This document shows positions 36,926-49,104 of a stretch of DNA of 64,000 nucleotides, piece after piece. The DNA is from Octopus bimaculoides. Taxonomy: Eukaryota. The stretch is taken from assembly GCF_001194135.2 (NCBI RefSeq), contig NC_068985.1, positions 93,123,872 through 93,187,871 on the forward strand, read 5' to 3'. A program made the position numbers and the translations under genes. How positions within the stretch are numbered: position 1 is the first letter of the stretch; every line of letters begins with the position of its first letter. Under the pieces are notes generated by a model, which was given only the letters and a program-made list of their open reading frames with translations, ran no database searches and was not told the DNA's origin.

Positions 36926-38499
36926 TTAAAAATAAGAGCCCCCCCCCCACAAGCCAGCAGAGTGTGTTTCTGGTAATCATGTGCAAAGCCAAAATCTAGC
37001 TTCACCTGATCCATGCCTATCACTGTTGATATCCCAATGTAACCAAGAAAATGGTAATGTACGGAAATAAACAAAACAACAAGAACACAATTTTAATTTG
37101 CTATGCAATTAGTTTTGCAAGAGCGATCAAATTTGCAACATCAACATTAAAAAAATATATAATTTATAAATTAACTTATGGAAATGAGCTATAATCAGAA
37201 TTATATGGATTGTTATTTTGCAGATGTACCGAAAAAATTTTTTAAATTTTTTTGTGTATATTACATAATTAGTGTTGAGGGCTCAACGTACAACATAAAC
37301 AAACAAACACAAAAAAAAACCCCAAAACATATTTGATGCAATTATATAAATACACACACACTAATGGTTCATAAACGGGTGAATGAGACTAGAGGAAGTG
37401 AATGAAAACTGAATGAAGCAGGAAGTTGATATGATTGGATATATTCAGGTATATATATATATATACATATATATTATGTTCTATACTAAAATATCCTGAC
37501 ATTACCATTAAAATGGTTAGCAAGCAGTTATTTGCTATTAAGGGCATTAGAAATTGAAATTTGTAATACATATGTACATACAGACACACAAATATACATG
37601 CATATCTATATCTACATTCACACACACACACACACAAAGCCATATATACATAAATACACACACACACAAACACTGATATATTTATGTACATACATTTCTC
37701 TCAACTAATAGTTTTTCTGGGGTTTTTTTTTTTAGTTTTTTATTTCTAATTTCAAAGTAGCAGCATATTTCCCAAATTCAGTGTAATATAACCTTTTAGG
37801 GATCATAAATTTATAAACGGCAACACTGAAGGATTGCCTCTGGCAACAGCTGAACTCCAACTTTATTTCATATTGCCAATTTACCTACATCCCCCCCCCA
37901 CCTCCGTTACAGCTCCAATTTTATATATATTCTCTCTACCTTAATCTACCAGCATTTATCTACTTGAAGCAACATGGAATCTAACTATATTAAGGTGATT
38001 CAAGTTCTGCTTTCAGGCAATCTAAAGTTACATTGTGCTATTTTCTTGTGGTGAGATTCTAAATTTTCTATCCAAGCAATTTCAGTACCTTGTGAGTTTA
38101 ATTTGGTAACCGTGGTTGCAGTATTACAACTATATGCATGACCAAGCTAGCATGAGAAGAACAAGTGTTCAAATATTGAGTCAGTATACCTGGCATATCA
38201 GTGAGGGCTAGAAATTCCTAACTAATTTTAAAAGAAGATTTGGAAATATTTAGATGCAGGAAGTGTCTGTGTGGCAAGAAGTTTGTTTCCCAAGCACACG
38301 GTTCCAGGTTCAATCCCACTTCAGCTGATCAAGGTTTTGTGAGTGGATTAGGTAGATGGAAACTGAAAAAAGCCTGTCGTGCGTGTGTGTGTGTGTGTAT
38401 GTATGTATATACATACACACACACACACTAAATGAAGAAAACAGCACTTTCCAAGATAATGCCAAAGCCATGAGTGAGACACTGCAGAAATAGTACTGC

Positions 38500-38915
38500 T
38501 CTGTTTATAGCAATCCTGATATGGCTGATCCGGACTGTATCAGTGATGTTAATCCTCAACACAATGTATCGGACATAACGTTTGGCACCCCTGATGTCTT
38601 AGCAGCAATAAACAAAATCAAACACAATTCAGCAGTAGGCCCTGATAGGTTCCCAGCTCATGTCCTGAAGGTGTGCCGACACCAACTTGCATCTCCTCTT
38701 GCTAATCTCTGGAGGAAGTCATTGGATGCTGGTTATATTCCTGAGAACTTTCTGTCCCAGTTTTCAAAAGGGAAACAAGTCCCTAGCAGTGAACTACTGG
38801 CTGATCTCGCTCACCTCTTGTATCATCAAGGTATTTGAGAGGGTGGTGAGATCACAGATAACCCACTTTCTTGAAAGTAACAGACTGCTGAACCCCACCA
38901 ACATGGAGCAGCATT
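38500..38915 (+). mobile_element. CR1-group LINE ORF2 fragment (start of RT domain), frameshifted
   Basis: KIKHNSAVGPDRFPAHVLK...WRKSLDAGYIP / KGNKSLAVNYWLISLTSCIIKVFERVV...LLNP. Confidence 0.9.
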
Positions 38916-39077
38916 AGGCAGTTCCTTCCATTATGGATCCCATGCAACTTGCATGGATCCCATTCCTGCGACCGAAATTACCAAAGATTTTTCATGCACA
39001 TTCTCACAAACACACATTCGCATACATTTTGGCAAATTAATATCTAGAATTTTCCATGTTTAAATTGTATAATTAAC

Positions 39078-39152
39078 CTGGATTCTTGAACTACATGCCA
39101 TGGAATTACTGTTGTTAAATTCTACCAGTAAGATTCAGCGGATCTATTTTCT
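39078..39152 (-). other. Putative exon (5' UTR or start-codon exon) of the minus-strand gene
   Basis: Very strong acceptor TTTCTTTCTTCTATTTACTTACAG|; donors TG|GTAGAA (exon from 39126) or CAG|GTTAAT (exon from 39078); ATG at 39101 gives MACSSRIQ. Confidence 0.4.
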
Positions 39153-39411
39153 CTGTAAGTAAATAGAAGAAAGAAAATTACATGCAACCAATTTTCGTTG
39201 TTGCATTTCTGAACTAACCTTTAAAATTTCCTATAAACTACATTAATATAATCTAATTCTAGGGTGAGACTTGCCTTAAAATATTGTGTGTATTGATCTT
39301 CCATATTTCCAACACATTTGCATATTCGAAACATATATATATATATATAAATATACTAACTTATATTTTGTCCTTATATTTTTATGAGATTTTTTCCCTG
39401 TATAAACTTAC

Positions 39412-39445
39412 ACGTGTGACATTTTTTAATGAAAAAATACCATAT
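39412..39445 (-). other. Putative 34-nt exon of the minus-strand gene
   Basis: TTTTCTTTATGTATTTCAACAG| ... CGT|GTAAGT. Confidence 0.5.
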
Positions 39446-39599
39446 CTGTTGAAATACATAAAGAAAATATTTCTTGAAGAAAATGTGAGAGAAGGGAAAC
39501 AGCTCCATTTGTGAAAGAAATAGAAACAAGTAAATTTCAAGAGGAGACGCGTTCTCAAGTGACTTGTGAAGTATGGAACAGAAAACAAAGAATCATCAT

Positions 39600-39887
39600 C
39601 ATCATCATCGTCGTCATCATCATCATCATCATCATCGCCATCATCATCATCATTGTTTGAATGTTCACTTTTCCATGCTTGCCTGCATCAGACAGAGTTT
39701 TAACTGAAGCAGATTTTCAATGGCTGGATGCCCTACCTGTCACCAACACTCACCTGCTCTGAAGCAAGGTGATATATTTCCCTGTAGCCAAACGTATTTT
39801 ACAGAATATGGGAAAAGAATGGCACTGCTTGCAGGATCAGTGATTCTTGCTTACAACCATCACACAATATCAAGATAAGGAAACACA

Positions 39888-39924
<37 letters not shown>

Positions 39925-40050
39925 CCACTGATCAAGCTTTGGTCAGCTTTGGGTTGTAGCATATGACACTTGTCCAACATGCTACGCAATGGGATTGAAT
40001 CTAAAAATCATGGGATTGGGAAATAAACTTCACAATGACACAGCCATGCA
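39600..40050 (-). mobile_element. SINE family B
   Basis: (CAT)n tail, TTCACTTTTCCATGCTTGC, CA tract and degenerate head. Confidence 0.75.
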
Positions 40051-40178
40051 TGCATCGATAATAATGCACTTAAAAATAATTAACGTTACACAGTTCTATA
40101 CTTAAGAGATGAGGAATTATGTACATTATTCACATTTTTTACATTTGACGGATATTTGTCCTCATCTTGTTTGTTGTT

Positions 40179-40224
40179 AACACAACGTTTCGGCTGATAT
40201 ACCCTCCAGCCTTCATCAGGTGTC
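40179..40224 (-). ncRNA. Minimal type I hammerhead ribozyme motif, intact core
   Basis: GACAC-CTGATGA-A-GGCTG-GAGGGTATAT-CAGCC-GAAAC-GTT-GTGTT; perfect 5-bp stem II; predicted cleavage after GUU (between 40184 and 40183). Confidence 0.8.
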
Positions 40225-40289
40225 TTGGGGAAATTTTGAACCTGGGTTCTCATTCCTAAGGTATTTTTTCGATGTTATTATTATTGTTG

Positions 40290-40333
<44 letters not shown>

Positions 40334-40532
40334 GGAATCAAACTCTTGGAATCACTGCTTGGAATCAAACTCAGAATCTTGGGGTTAGTGGCCCACACTC
40401 TTAACCACTACGTCACAGCCATATGGTGTAGTGGTTAAGAGTGTGGGCTCCTAACCCCAAGATTCCAAGTTCGATTCCAAGCAGTGACCTGAATAATAAT
40501 AANNNNNNNNNNNNNNNNNNNNNNNNATAATA

Positions 40533-40752
40533 AAAAAATATTCAGACAAATACATAACAAAAACACCAGGACTTACAAATATATATAACACACAGAAAAT
40601 TGCACTACTGGGCACAGCACACATCCTACGCAAAACACTTTCAATATAGTAACCATAAGAGCACCATAGCAAACCACAGCACATACCCAAGGCGCACAGA
40701 TCTGCGCTCGGTAGTGAAGTGAAAGCACGTTATAAAAATAAAACTACTGATC
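40533..40752 (+). mobile_element. 3' end of an R4/Dong-clade non-LTR retrotransposon
   Basis: KKYSDKYITKTPGLTNIYNTQKIALLGTAHILRKTLSI** (C-terminus typical of restriction-like endonuclease LINEs) plus a short 3' UTR; AAT repeats on both sides. Confidence 0.8.
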
Positions 40753-41796
40753 AATAATAATAATAATAACATCGAAAAAATATCTTAGGAATGAGAACCC
40801 AGGTTCGAAATTTCCCCAAGACACCTGATGAAGGCTGGAGGGCATATCAGCTGAAATGTGTTAACAACAAAAAAGATAAGGACAAATATCTTTCAAATGT
40901 ATATAATGTAAATAATGTAAATTAATGCTATGGATAACGATCTTGTTAAAAAATTTTATATGCCAGTCCCCTTACAGTTTTTTCAATGATTCGAGGTCCC
41001 TTATAAAATGTAGGATAATCAACATGGCTTCATGTACCATAATTTCCGGACAATGAACCCCACTGCCATAGACCCACAACCCTGAAAACCACAAGTTAAT
41101 CCAGGTAATATCTCACAGGGATACAATAAATGCATATGATCAATTGGATACAAATGAGAAGCGAAAAATACCGACAGCACATGCATGTTCAACCGTTATA
41201 CCCACATATTTTCCATCGGCTAATCATACTTGTTGTACAACAAGTGTGATTAGAAAATGAATGTGTAGGAGTGATGTGGGTTTTTGAGGCCAATGACAAA
41301 AAAGGATGATAGCATGCGAAAAATTGAAAATCTTGAAATTTTAAAACTTAACTGTCTCAAGTCACTCTGTTTTCATAATACTTCAGCGTCCCTTCATGGT
41401 CCCCCTAAAATCAATGGTCTAAAGTATGAATGCATCTAAATTCGAGAATAGAGAATGGCTACAGAATATATCAGGCATATTCCTTCCATAAAATGAACTA
41501 ACAAACCTTACATCTTTACTTTTGTACATGTTTAGCACTAAACTAAAATATAACCAACAGGTATTTGGCTTCTCCAGAATTATAGACTCATTTAAAAAAA
41601 AAAAGCAAAATATAACAAAATAATCAAACCAGTTCATTCAAGTTTTCAAGGAGACTCGTTAGCAAAATATCTTCCACTTTACGATCAAGGAAGACATAGG
41701 GATTTTAAAAAAATCTTTCTTTTTACTTCTCTTCTAATTGCAACATAAAAAAAGAAACGGGCATACATAAAGGCTGAGGATGTCATCAAACAATGT

Positions 41797-42017
41797 TTAA
41801 TCCATTAGTATTTAAACTGGCAAAATCTGGCCAAAATATTTTCCACCTGTTTTATGTTCAAACAAACCAGATTGGGCCTCTCACACCTATGGTACAATGT
41901 CATTCAAGAAATATACAATCACATCATCAAAGTCTCAAATTTAATGCCTGATTAATTCAAAACAATGTCTATAAATTAGAATTATAGTACAATTTAATCT
42001 GAATGCTAAAGATTTAA
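41797..42017 (-). mobile_element. piggyBac-like MITE 1, degenerate
   Basis: TTAATCCATTAGTATTTAAAC...ACAATGTCATTC...CTGAATGCTAAAGATTTAA. Confidence 0.75.
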
Positions 42018-42316
42018 AAACCATTTACTATGGAGGGGAAACAAGTAAAAGACAAACCAGTTCATATTTTTTGGTCTAAAGATGCAGTGAATCATTGGTT
42101 TACTATAGTTACTGAAGATCTGCTTCCAGAAATTCCCACCATTTCAATGACAGAATAACCAGTATTAACTGCAAGACCATCCATTAGGAAGGACTCAATA
42201 TAAAATTAGCTAACTTAGGACCTTCCCTTTCTGTTATTAAAACAGGTCCACAGTGACTGGACTCCATATATGCTAACCAACTAATACATTTGTGACATAA
42301 GCAAGTACCTACATAC

Positions 42317-42427
42317 CTTTGTCATATACCAATAGTGCACCAGCTTCAATGAATACTACATCAGCTGTATGATCCAGCCTTTGCACATCCACATGAAGCA
42401 GTAGTTAATAATACATGCATGTTATCT
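42317..42427 (-). other. Possible non-coding 5' UTR exon
   Basis: Donor AAG|GTATGT and acceptor GCTTTCAAAG|; stops in all three frames. Confidence 0.25.
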
Positions 42428-44689
42428 CTTTGAAAGCATTATAAAATGTAGAAACATCAATAATGTTATGGCTACTACCCCATTCTAGCCATGAAATATA
42501 ATGTAGGTAAACTACAAATAAAAGAAACAATTCTTATAACAAAATAAAACAGAATTAGGTGTAAGGCTAATATAATCTGATTAAACTACTGCTGCTGATG
42601 CCACTGAAATTGTTGCTATGCTGTTAATACTGCTTCAGTTGCTATGATTACCAACACCACTCTTGTTGCTACTACTACTGCTGTAACCACTAATCCTTCT
42701 CCTCTTACTACTACTAGTAATACTTCAACCACTTCAACTGCCGCTGCAGATACTATTACTATAGAAGCAAATAAGCCACAATGTTACTTTGACAATTCTT
42801 TAAATGTTTTCCTCTATGGATGGGTATTTTACCCGAAATATTAGGAATTAATAGATTACACATCTTTTGCATTGTAAAAAGCTTTCTATTAAAGTCTGTT
42901 TTCACACATAGTCATCTGTGTGTTTTTATTGCATATATTTATGCATATACATATAGACCTATTTGTGTACATATGCATGTGTGTATATACATGCATATAT
43001 ATNNNNNNNNNNNNNNNNNNNNNNNNNNNNNNNNNNNNNNNNNNNNNNNNNNNNNNNNNNNNNNNNNNNNNNNNNNNNNNNNNNNNNNNNNNNNNNNNNN
43101 NNNNNNNNNNNNNNNNNNNNNNNNNNNNNNNNNNNNNNNNNNNNNNNNNNNNNNNNNNNNNNNNNNNNNNNNNNTATATATATTCATACATACATATATA
43201 TATATATATACATACATACATATGTATACATACATCCATATATATACATATATATATTCATTTATTTATATATATGTGTCTATGTTTAGTGCTGTTCAAG
43301 TCTATATCTCTAATACAGTCTCAGACTTCATCTCTATTCTTCTAGTTCTTCATTGTTATGTTATTCACTTATTATTTTCACCTTCCAGCAGAATCTCGTT
43401 CTCCATAGAATGGTTTTATATTTTCTTCTTTATATTTTTTTATAATTTCTCTTTTCTTATATATTTTTCTCTCTTTGTTTTTTTTTTTCATTTATTTATC
43501 ACGTTACCTTTGTAAATGTAACGCACAGATTTTGTCTTTGTAACGAAATAATGCGCCAACAAGTGACTTTGGCAGATTTCTTTATAAGTCATTTGACTTG
43601 CTAATAAACAGTAACAAAATTTCACTTCAACAAACTCTCAGCCATCGTTAGAAATGATAGCATAAGATCAAATGAGAGAGAGCTTCTGTATAGTCCTTCA
43701 TCTTGTTTAATGATACAGTCGAACTCTACCCTGACAACCACTAGCTCATAGATATGTTGTCTTCCGTCTCTGGCCACACTCTAACTTCTGGCCACACTCT
43801 AACTTCTAGCCCACACATCAACTGTGTCATCTCTTTTCATGTTCAACTACTACTACTGTCACCTCTGCTCTCTCTGAGTTATTCTTTCTCGTGCAGCTCA
43901 AATGACTTCCGCAAATTGTTACTAGCTGGGCTGTGAACGAGCTCAAATTCTCTGGGGCTTAATAGACTGCAAAGAGGTTCTTCATTAAATATCTACCAGT
44001 TAGGGGCTCAAGAGTGACATGCCCCAGCACTTTATCACAAAGCATACAATCTATTTCATCTTGTTTTAGAAACATTATAAGGGCATGTAAAGTAGAATCT
44101 CCTTTTGAATTATTATTAGTTTATGAGGCCCCATGGGGATAAGCAGTAGGGATGAGTGGTAGGGGATGAGCAGTACCTTCTTATGAGAGATTTCCTGGTT
44201 CTCACCAACCTCCTGTCCTGTTTCACTCCTTTATCTTTTTTCTAAATGATATCTCACCTTCCTTTAATTTCTATCCCCGCATTCCTTTGATTATTGCAGC
44301 CCCTGTCTGGCACTGTATTGCAAAGGTCTTCCCTCATCCTTTCATGGCTCACAACTCTATGTCAGCCACTGGTGATGATGGCAAGGTGATTTCTTCCACA
44401 CTTACTATACATGGAATTGCAACAAGTCAGGCTCCAGAAACATCTTCTGTGGCCATCTGCTGTTGCTGCTTCTCTTGTTGTCCACCTTGTTCTTTCCTTC
44501 TCTGCTTTTACCAGCTTTTCTCAGAAAAAGGTCTTATTGTAGCTTTTGACTCCGCACATGCAGTAATTGTACTTTCTGTCCTGCATCATCAGCCTGACTG
44601 CCTTCCTCTCTGCTTCAGTTAGGGATAGACTAAGACCTCAGAGATCATCAGAGCCAGCATACCAATGCATGCTTACCCACCTCAGTGTG

Positions 44690-44940
44690 TGAAGTACTAG
44701 TGCTAGTGCCATATAAAAAGCACTGGTGATGGTCCCACGTAAAAAGCACATGTACTATTGTCATATAATAGGTACCCAGTACATTCTGTAAAGTGGTTGG
44801 TTTTTGGAAGAACATTCAGTCATAGAGACCCTGCCAAACCAGACAATTAGAGCTTGGTGTGGCTCCTGGCCTTACCAGCTCCAGTGAAACTGTCCAACCC
44901 ATATCAACATGGAAAATGGATGTTAAATGATGATGATGAG
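44690..44940 (+). mobile_element. Family E-type SINE 3' part
   Basis: CCACGTAAAAAGCAC...CATTCTGTAAAGTGGTTGG...GGATGTTAAATGATGATGATG. Confidence 0.75.
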
Positions 44941-45029
44941 GAGGATGAAAATGACCACTATGCTCTTAAAAGACCACAAAGGTGGTTACAAACCAAGGGT
45001 CAAGAATAGCATGAACATCCCAAACTTTC

Positions 45030-45200
45030 TAAACTCTCTGATGAAGCCCAGAGACACACCCAAGTATCTAAATCTTATCTACCAAATACTTCAGTTCAAT
45101 GAAGGGATATAAGTAGATTGGGGTACTTTGGCTTCTTGGCCGAAACAGCTGTATGATATTATCCTATCTTTTGTGATCTACGTTATGTATTTTAACAATT
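45030..45200 (+). mobile_element. Penelope-like terminus with a split hammerhead-like motif
   Basis: CTGATGAAGCC (from 45038) ... GGCCGAAACAGCTGTA (45138-45153); the 16-mer is shared with 59285-59420 (minus). Confidence 0.5.
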
Positions 45201-45477
45201 ACTGGTATTTTTATATATTGTATATGTAAAGCATATTATGCTATACATGTATGTATATTGTTATAATGGTTTAAAAAAAAAAAAAAATAAATAGACATAA
45301 TATAATGTCTAAAAGTTGATGAATGCCACCTCTTGATCCCCTCTATTTTCTTATTGCTGTATATATATATATATATGTGTGTGTGTATGTGTGTGTGTGT
45401 GTGTGTGTATATGTTTTAATCAGTTTCAGCTCAAAGCTGTGGCCATGCTGGGGCACTGCCTTTTGCTACACTACTAT

Positions 45478-45718
45478 TATTGAGAGCCTCCTCTGATATG
45501 TGGCATTTGATGAATAAGGGAGTTTGATGTCGCTGCCCTCATTTGCGCCTCCTGCTGTGAAATAGGCTCATCTGGGACTCTCGACAGGAAGAAAATCAGT
45601 TTTGATTTGAAATCACCTACAGCCACTTTGTGTAGGTTCCTCAAGCTCTTTGGGAGAATACTAAAAGGCTGTGGGCCCCTGAAACCTAGACTGTTGCAGC
45701 AACTGGTCCTGAAGTGTG
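45478..45718 (-). mobile_element. CR1-group LINE 3' end
   Basis: [21 protein letters not shown]...FLSRVPDEP...[11 protein letters not shown]. Confidence 0.85.
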
Positions 45719-45731
45719 ACGACATTATACA

Positions 45732-45779
<48 letters not shown>

Positions 45780-46379
45780 AACATATATACTTATATATAT
45801 ATATGTATATAAATATGTATGTATGTATGTATGAATGTATATATGTACGTATGTATGTATATATATTTCACAGACACTCAGACTTATGTACGAAGGTCAG
45901 AGAGTACTTGACTGATACTTATTCCATTGACCCTGGATTTTAGAATGTAAAAGGAGGAAAAATTAAATAATATTAGAACAGCTTTTAGTCCATTAATCTT
46001 TTATTTCCTGCCAACACATTCAATCAGAATAACAACGACAACAACAACAACACACAGACAGAACTATAACAATAAGACATAGTGGTGGTGGTGGGTGTTT
46101 GTAGCAATGACGATGATGATGGTGATAGTGATGATGATGATAATGATGGGCTGGCAATTATTTCTTTTGATTTAAATATAAAATTCAGTTTTTATCCAAA
46201 AACAAACAAAAAAAATAAAACAAAACAAAACAAAACAAAAGAAAAAGAACAAAATGTAAATAAACGATAATTGTAATTAAATGTTATTGTTTGGTTAAAC
46301 TAAGATTTTGTGGTGGATATATTTGTTTATCTTTTTTAAAACAAGGCAAAACATGTTTATTTATATAAAGAGTACTCAC

Positions 46380-46425
<46 letters not shown>

Positions 46426-46475
46426 AGAGAAAGAGGAAAAGAAAGAGAGAGTAAAGCGTTATCACCACAACGTAC

Positions 46476-46700
46476 ATTGTTTAAATCCTAAGTTAACGAA
46501 CAATAAAATTTAATTTAATTCTTGACTGCACAGATCAGCGATTTTTAACTTGTTTTGGTTTATATATCTTTTTCCCCATCCACGGCACACTGAAGAAAGA
46601 CGCTAAAAAGTAATACGAGACGCCATTTTAGCTTTTTTTTTATTTTCCATATAAAAATAAAACGAGTATTGAAATTGCTTTAAAACAGCTGAGTTCAAGG
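46476..46700 (-). promoter_or_regulatory. Candidate promoter/first exon of the minus-strand gene
   Basis: CpG-retaining unique sequence; YY1-type motif CGCCATTTT (46621-46629; AAAATGGCG on minus); possible donor |GTACGT at 46475. Confidence 0.35.
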
Positions 46701-47061
46701 AACAGACATGCACTGGTGCGGAGTACTAAATATATTGACTTTTTTTTTTTGCTATTTAATATCCTGGCATTTTCTGATTCACTTCAAAATCTCGTGATAC
46801 ACCTGCGGATCATATGCGTCATACAAGTGCGGGATCTCTTCAATTTGGCTCACAGATTTTTTAATTATTATTTTTTAACTAAACAGTTTGAAATTTCGTA
46901 TACTGGTGTAATTTCTCACGCTGAACATGGTTTACTTTCAACATTTTGGACAAAATTTCGTATTTTAAAAATTATTTCGTGTTAAAGTTGTCGTATTTGG
47001 GTAATTTTAACCAAATCAACGATGTGTATTCAGCTGAAGACACCTACTGCTGTTTGCAATA

Positions 47062-47189
47062 GTAATTGAATAGCAACAACTTCCAGGCCATCTCTACTAA
47101 GTGTATTTTTCAACTACTTGTGGATTATTTGGTGTGGTTGAAAAATACATTTAGTAGAGATGACCCGGAAGTTGTTGCTCTTCGATTAC
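47062..47189. repeat. ~53-bp inverted repeat with 22-nt loop
   Basis: GTAATTGAATAGCAACAACTTCCAGGCCATCTCTACTAAGTGTATTTTTCAAC against its reverse complement at 47137-47189, about 5 mismatches. Confidence 0.9.
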
Positions 47190-47540
47190 TATCGCTCAAT
47201 TACACAATTGCTGCCTGGACTTGGAATTGAACTCATCATCTTACAACCTTGAGTCAAATATTCTAACCACTAGGACACGTATAAGGAGTGGGAGAAAGTG
47301 ATAGTGTCGATCTAGTTGTAAATCAGCTCAACTTCACTATTTCTCTTATCTCTTCATTCTTTGTTGAAGAGCAACAGTTCGAAAACGAAAAGTTAAAATT
47401 TCAGTCACCATTTTTCTTATCTCTCTTACCATCAATTACTTTATCAACTCTCATAGAAACGGTAGGCTAGATCGTTTCTCAGGTCGAGATTTTACAAAAA
47501 AAAAAAAAATGTAGAGTGTTTTTAGCTAATGGACAGTTGA

Positions 47541-47918
47541 GTGGCACTCCGTTGCTTATGACGACGAGGGTTCCAGTTGATCCGATCAACGGAACAGCCT
47601 CCTCCTGAAATTAACATGCAAGTGACTGAGCACTCTACAGACACGTGTACCCTTAACGTAGTTCTCGGGGAGATTCAGCGTGACACAGAATGTGATAAGG
47701 CTGGCCCCTTTGAAATACAGGTACAACAGAAACTGGAAGAATGAGAGAGAAAGTTGTAGTGAAAGTGTACAGCAGGGTTCGCCAATACTCACTGCCGGAG
47801 CCTCGTGGAGCTTTAGGTCTTTTCGCTCAAGAAACACTCACAACATTCGGTCTGGGAATCGAAACAACGATCCTACGACCGCGAGTCCGTTGCTCTAACC
47901 ACTGGGCCATTGCGCCTC
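47541..47918 (-). mobile_element. Full-length SINE family D
   Basis: Reverse-complement match to 13567-13948 along its length. Confidence 0.9.
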
Positions 47919-47964
47919 AACGGATAGCTAAGTAGGAAAAGAAAACAAAAAGATATTGAATCAG

Positions 47965-48150
47965 TTGCACGCCTGATAATATGCTAAGCAGTATTTCGTC
48001 AGTTTTTACGTTTTGAGTTCAAATTCCGCTGAGGTCGTCTTAACCTTTTTAATTCTTTCTGGATCGATCAGTCAAGCACTGTGTTCGATGTAATCGACTT
48101 ACCCTTTCCTCCAAAAATGCTGGCCTGTGCAAAAATATGAAACCAATTTA
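47965..48150 (+). mobile_element. SINE family C
   Basis: GAGTTCAAATTCCGCTGAGGTCG...GTTCGATGTAATCGACTTA...GGCCTGTGCAAAAATATGAAACCAA. Confidence 0.8.
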
Positions 48151-48154
48151 CATT

Positions 48155-49060
48155 CTTGCTAGAAGCACGAACTCCAACCGAATTGAAAGCATGATTATTG
48201 CAGTTTACAAAAATAACTTTGAATTTCCATCAATAATCTTCGTACGAACGATTTTTATAACCAGTCATAATTATAGCATTGTCACAACACTGCTATGATA
48301 GTTTTATAATAGCATTTTTTCTTTTATAACTCCATCCCAAATTACTTCCATCGTATTTGAAGCATCCTTTCGTTTTAATCAGATAAATCTAAGAAAAGAC
48401 TCTTGTTACATACAAATTTTCTTCTTAAAAACTCAGTTTCCATAAAACGAACTGTTTCTAGCAATTGTTCTCGACGTGCTTTTATCAAGAGTAGAATCAA
48501 ATAGGCGGCCAGAATATTTGACCTTATGAATAAATGTTACATAGCAATTTGTGGTGAACAGTAAAAGTCATCAGCTAAATATATTCATTTTACTCTGACA
48601 GAGAGAAATATGCCATTCTTCTATGGTTTTCCCCCACCCCTCACATTACTGAAATGTGCTTTCATGACAAACTCAAACTTTGCCAATAATTTTCGTAATC
48701 CTCCAAAATTTCGGAAATTGCTTTCCTGTTCCTGTCTATAGGATTCCTTGTCATCACGCAATGCAAGGTTTTCTGTTGGTAAACCATTATGCAATAGAGA
48801 ATTCCGTGGAGAAAAACCCGCCATTGTATTTCTGATGTGAATTTCAGTTTAAACTTTTGTATCAATGATTCTCATATTTTCCAACGTTTCTATGGCTCTT
48901 TTACCATTTTGCAAATACTTCAAACACAATAGAAATATTTCTGTCCTTAGGGCATCTGAGAAAATTACATTATTTTATGCATTTCACCAGACTCCAAGAA
49001 ACCTAGATCGTGATGTCGAATCTTTGCCAACACAAGTTGAGCCATGATTTCGTATTTTTC
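48155..49060 (-). mobile_element. Degenerate hAT transposase (ZMYM1/DUF4371-like)
   Basis: Across frames: NLALRDDKES...LRKLLAKFE, LFDSTLDKARREQL, QESFLRFI, CDNAIIMTG, FVNCNNHAFN, in the expected hAT motif order. Confidence 0.8.
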
Positions 49061-49104
49061 GATATTTCAAAATTTTAACATTTTCTGTCACTTTTAAGGC
49101 AGAT

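Larger units (their letters stand above)
40088..40920. mobile_element. Head-to-head pair of tRNA-headed hammerhead elements (minus about 40088-40412, plus about 40413-40920)
   Basis: Both arms carry the tRNA-like head, AAT tract, GAATGAGAACCCAGG segment, hammerhead and tail seen at 5804-6031. Confidence 0.85.

Noticed and set aside
40078-40930. 11-bp target duplication around the palindromic hammerhead pair
   Set aside because: CGTTA also begins the 5719 copy and may belong to the element, leaving only AATTAA, which is too weak to call.
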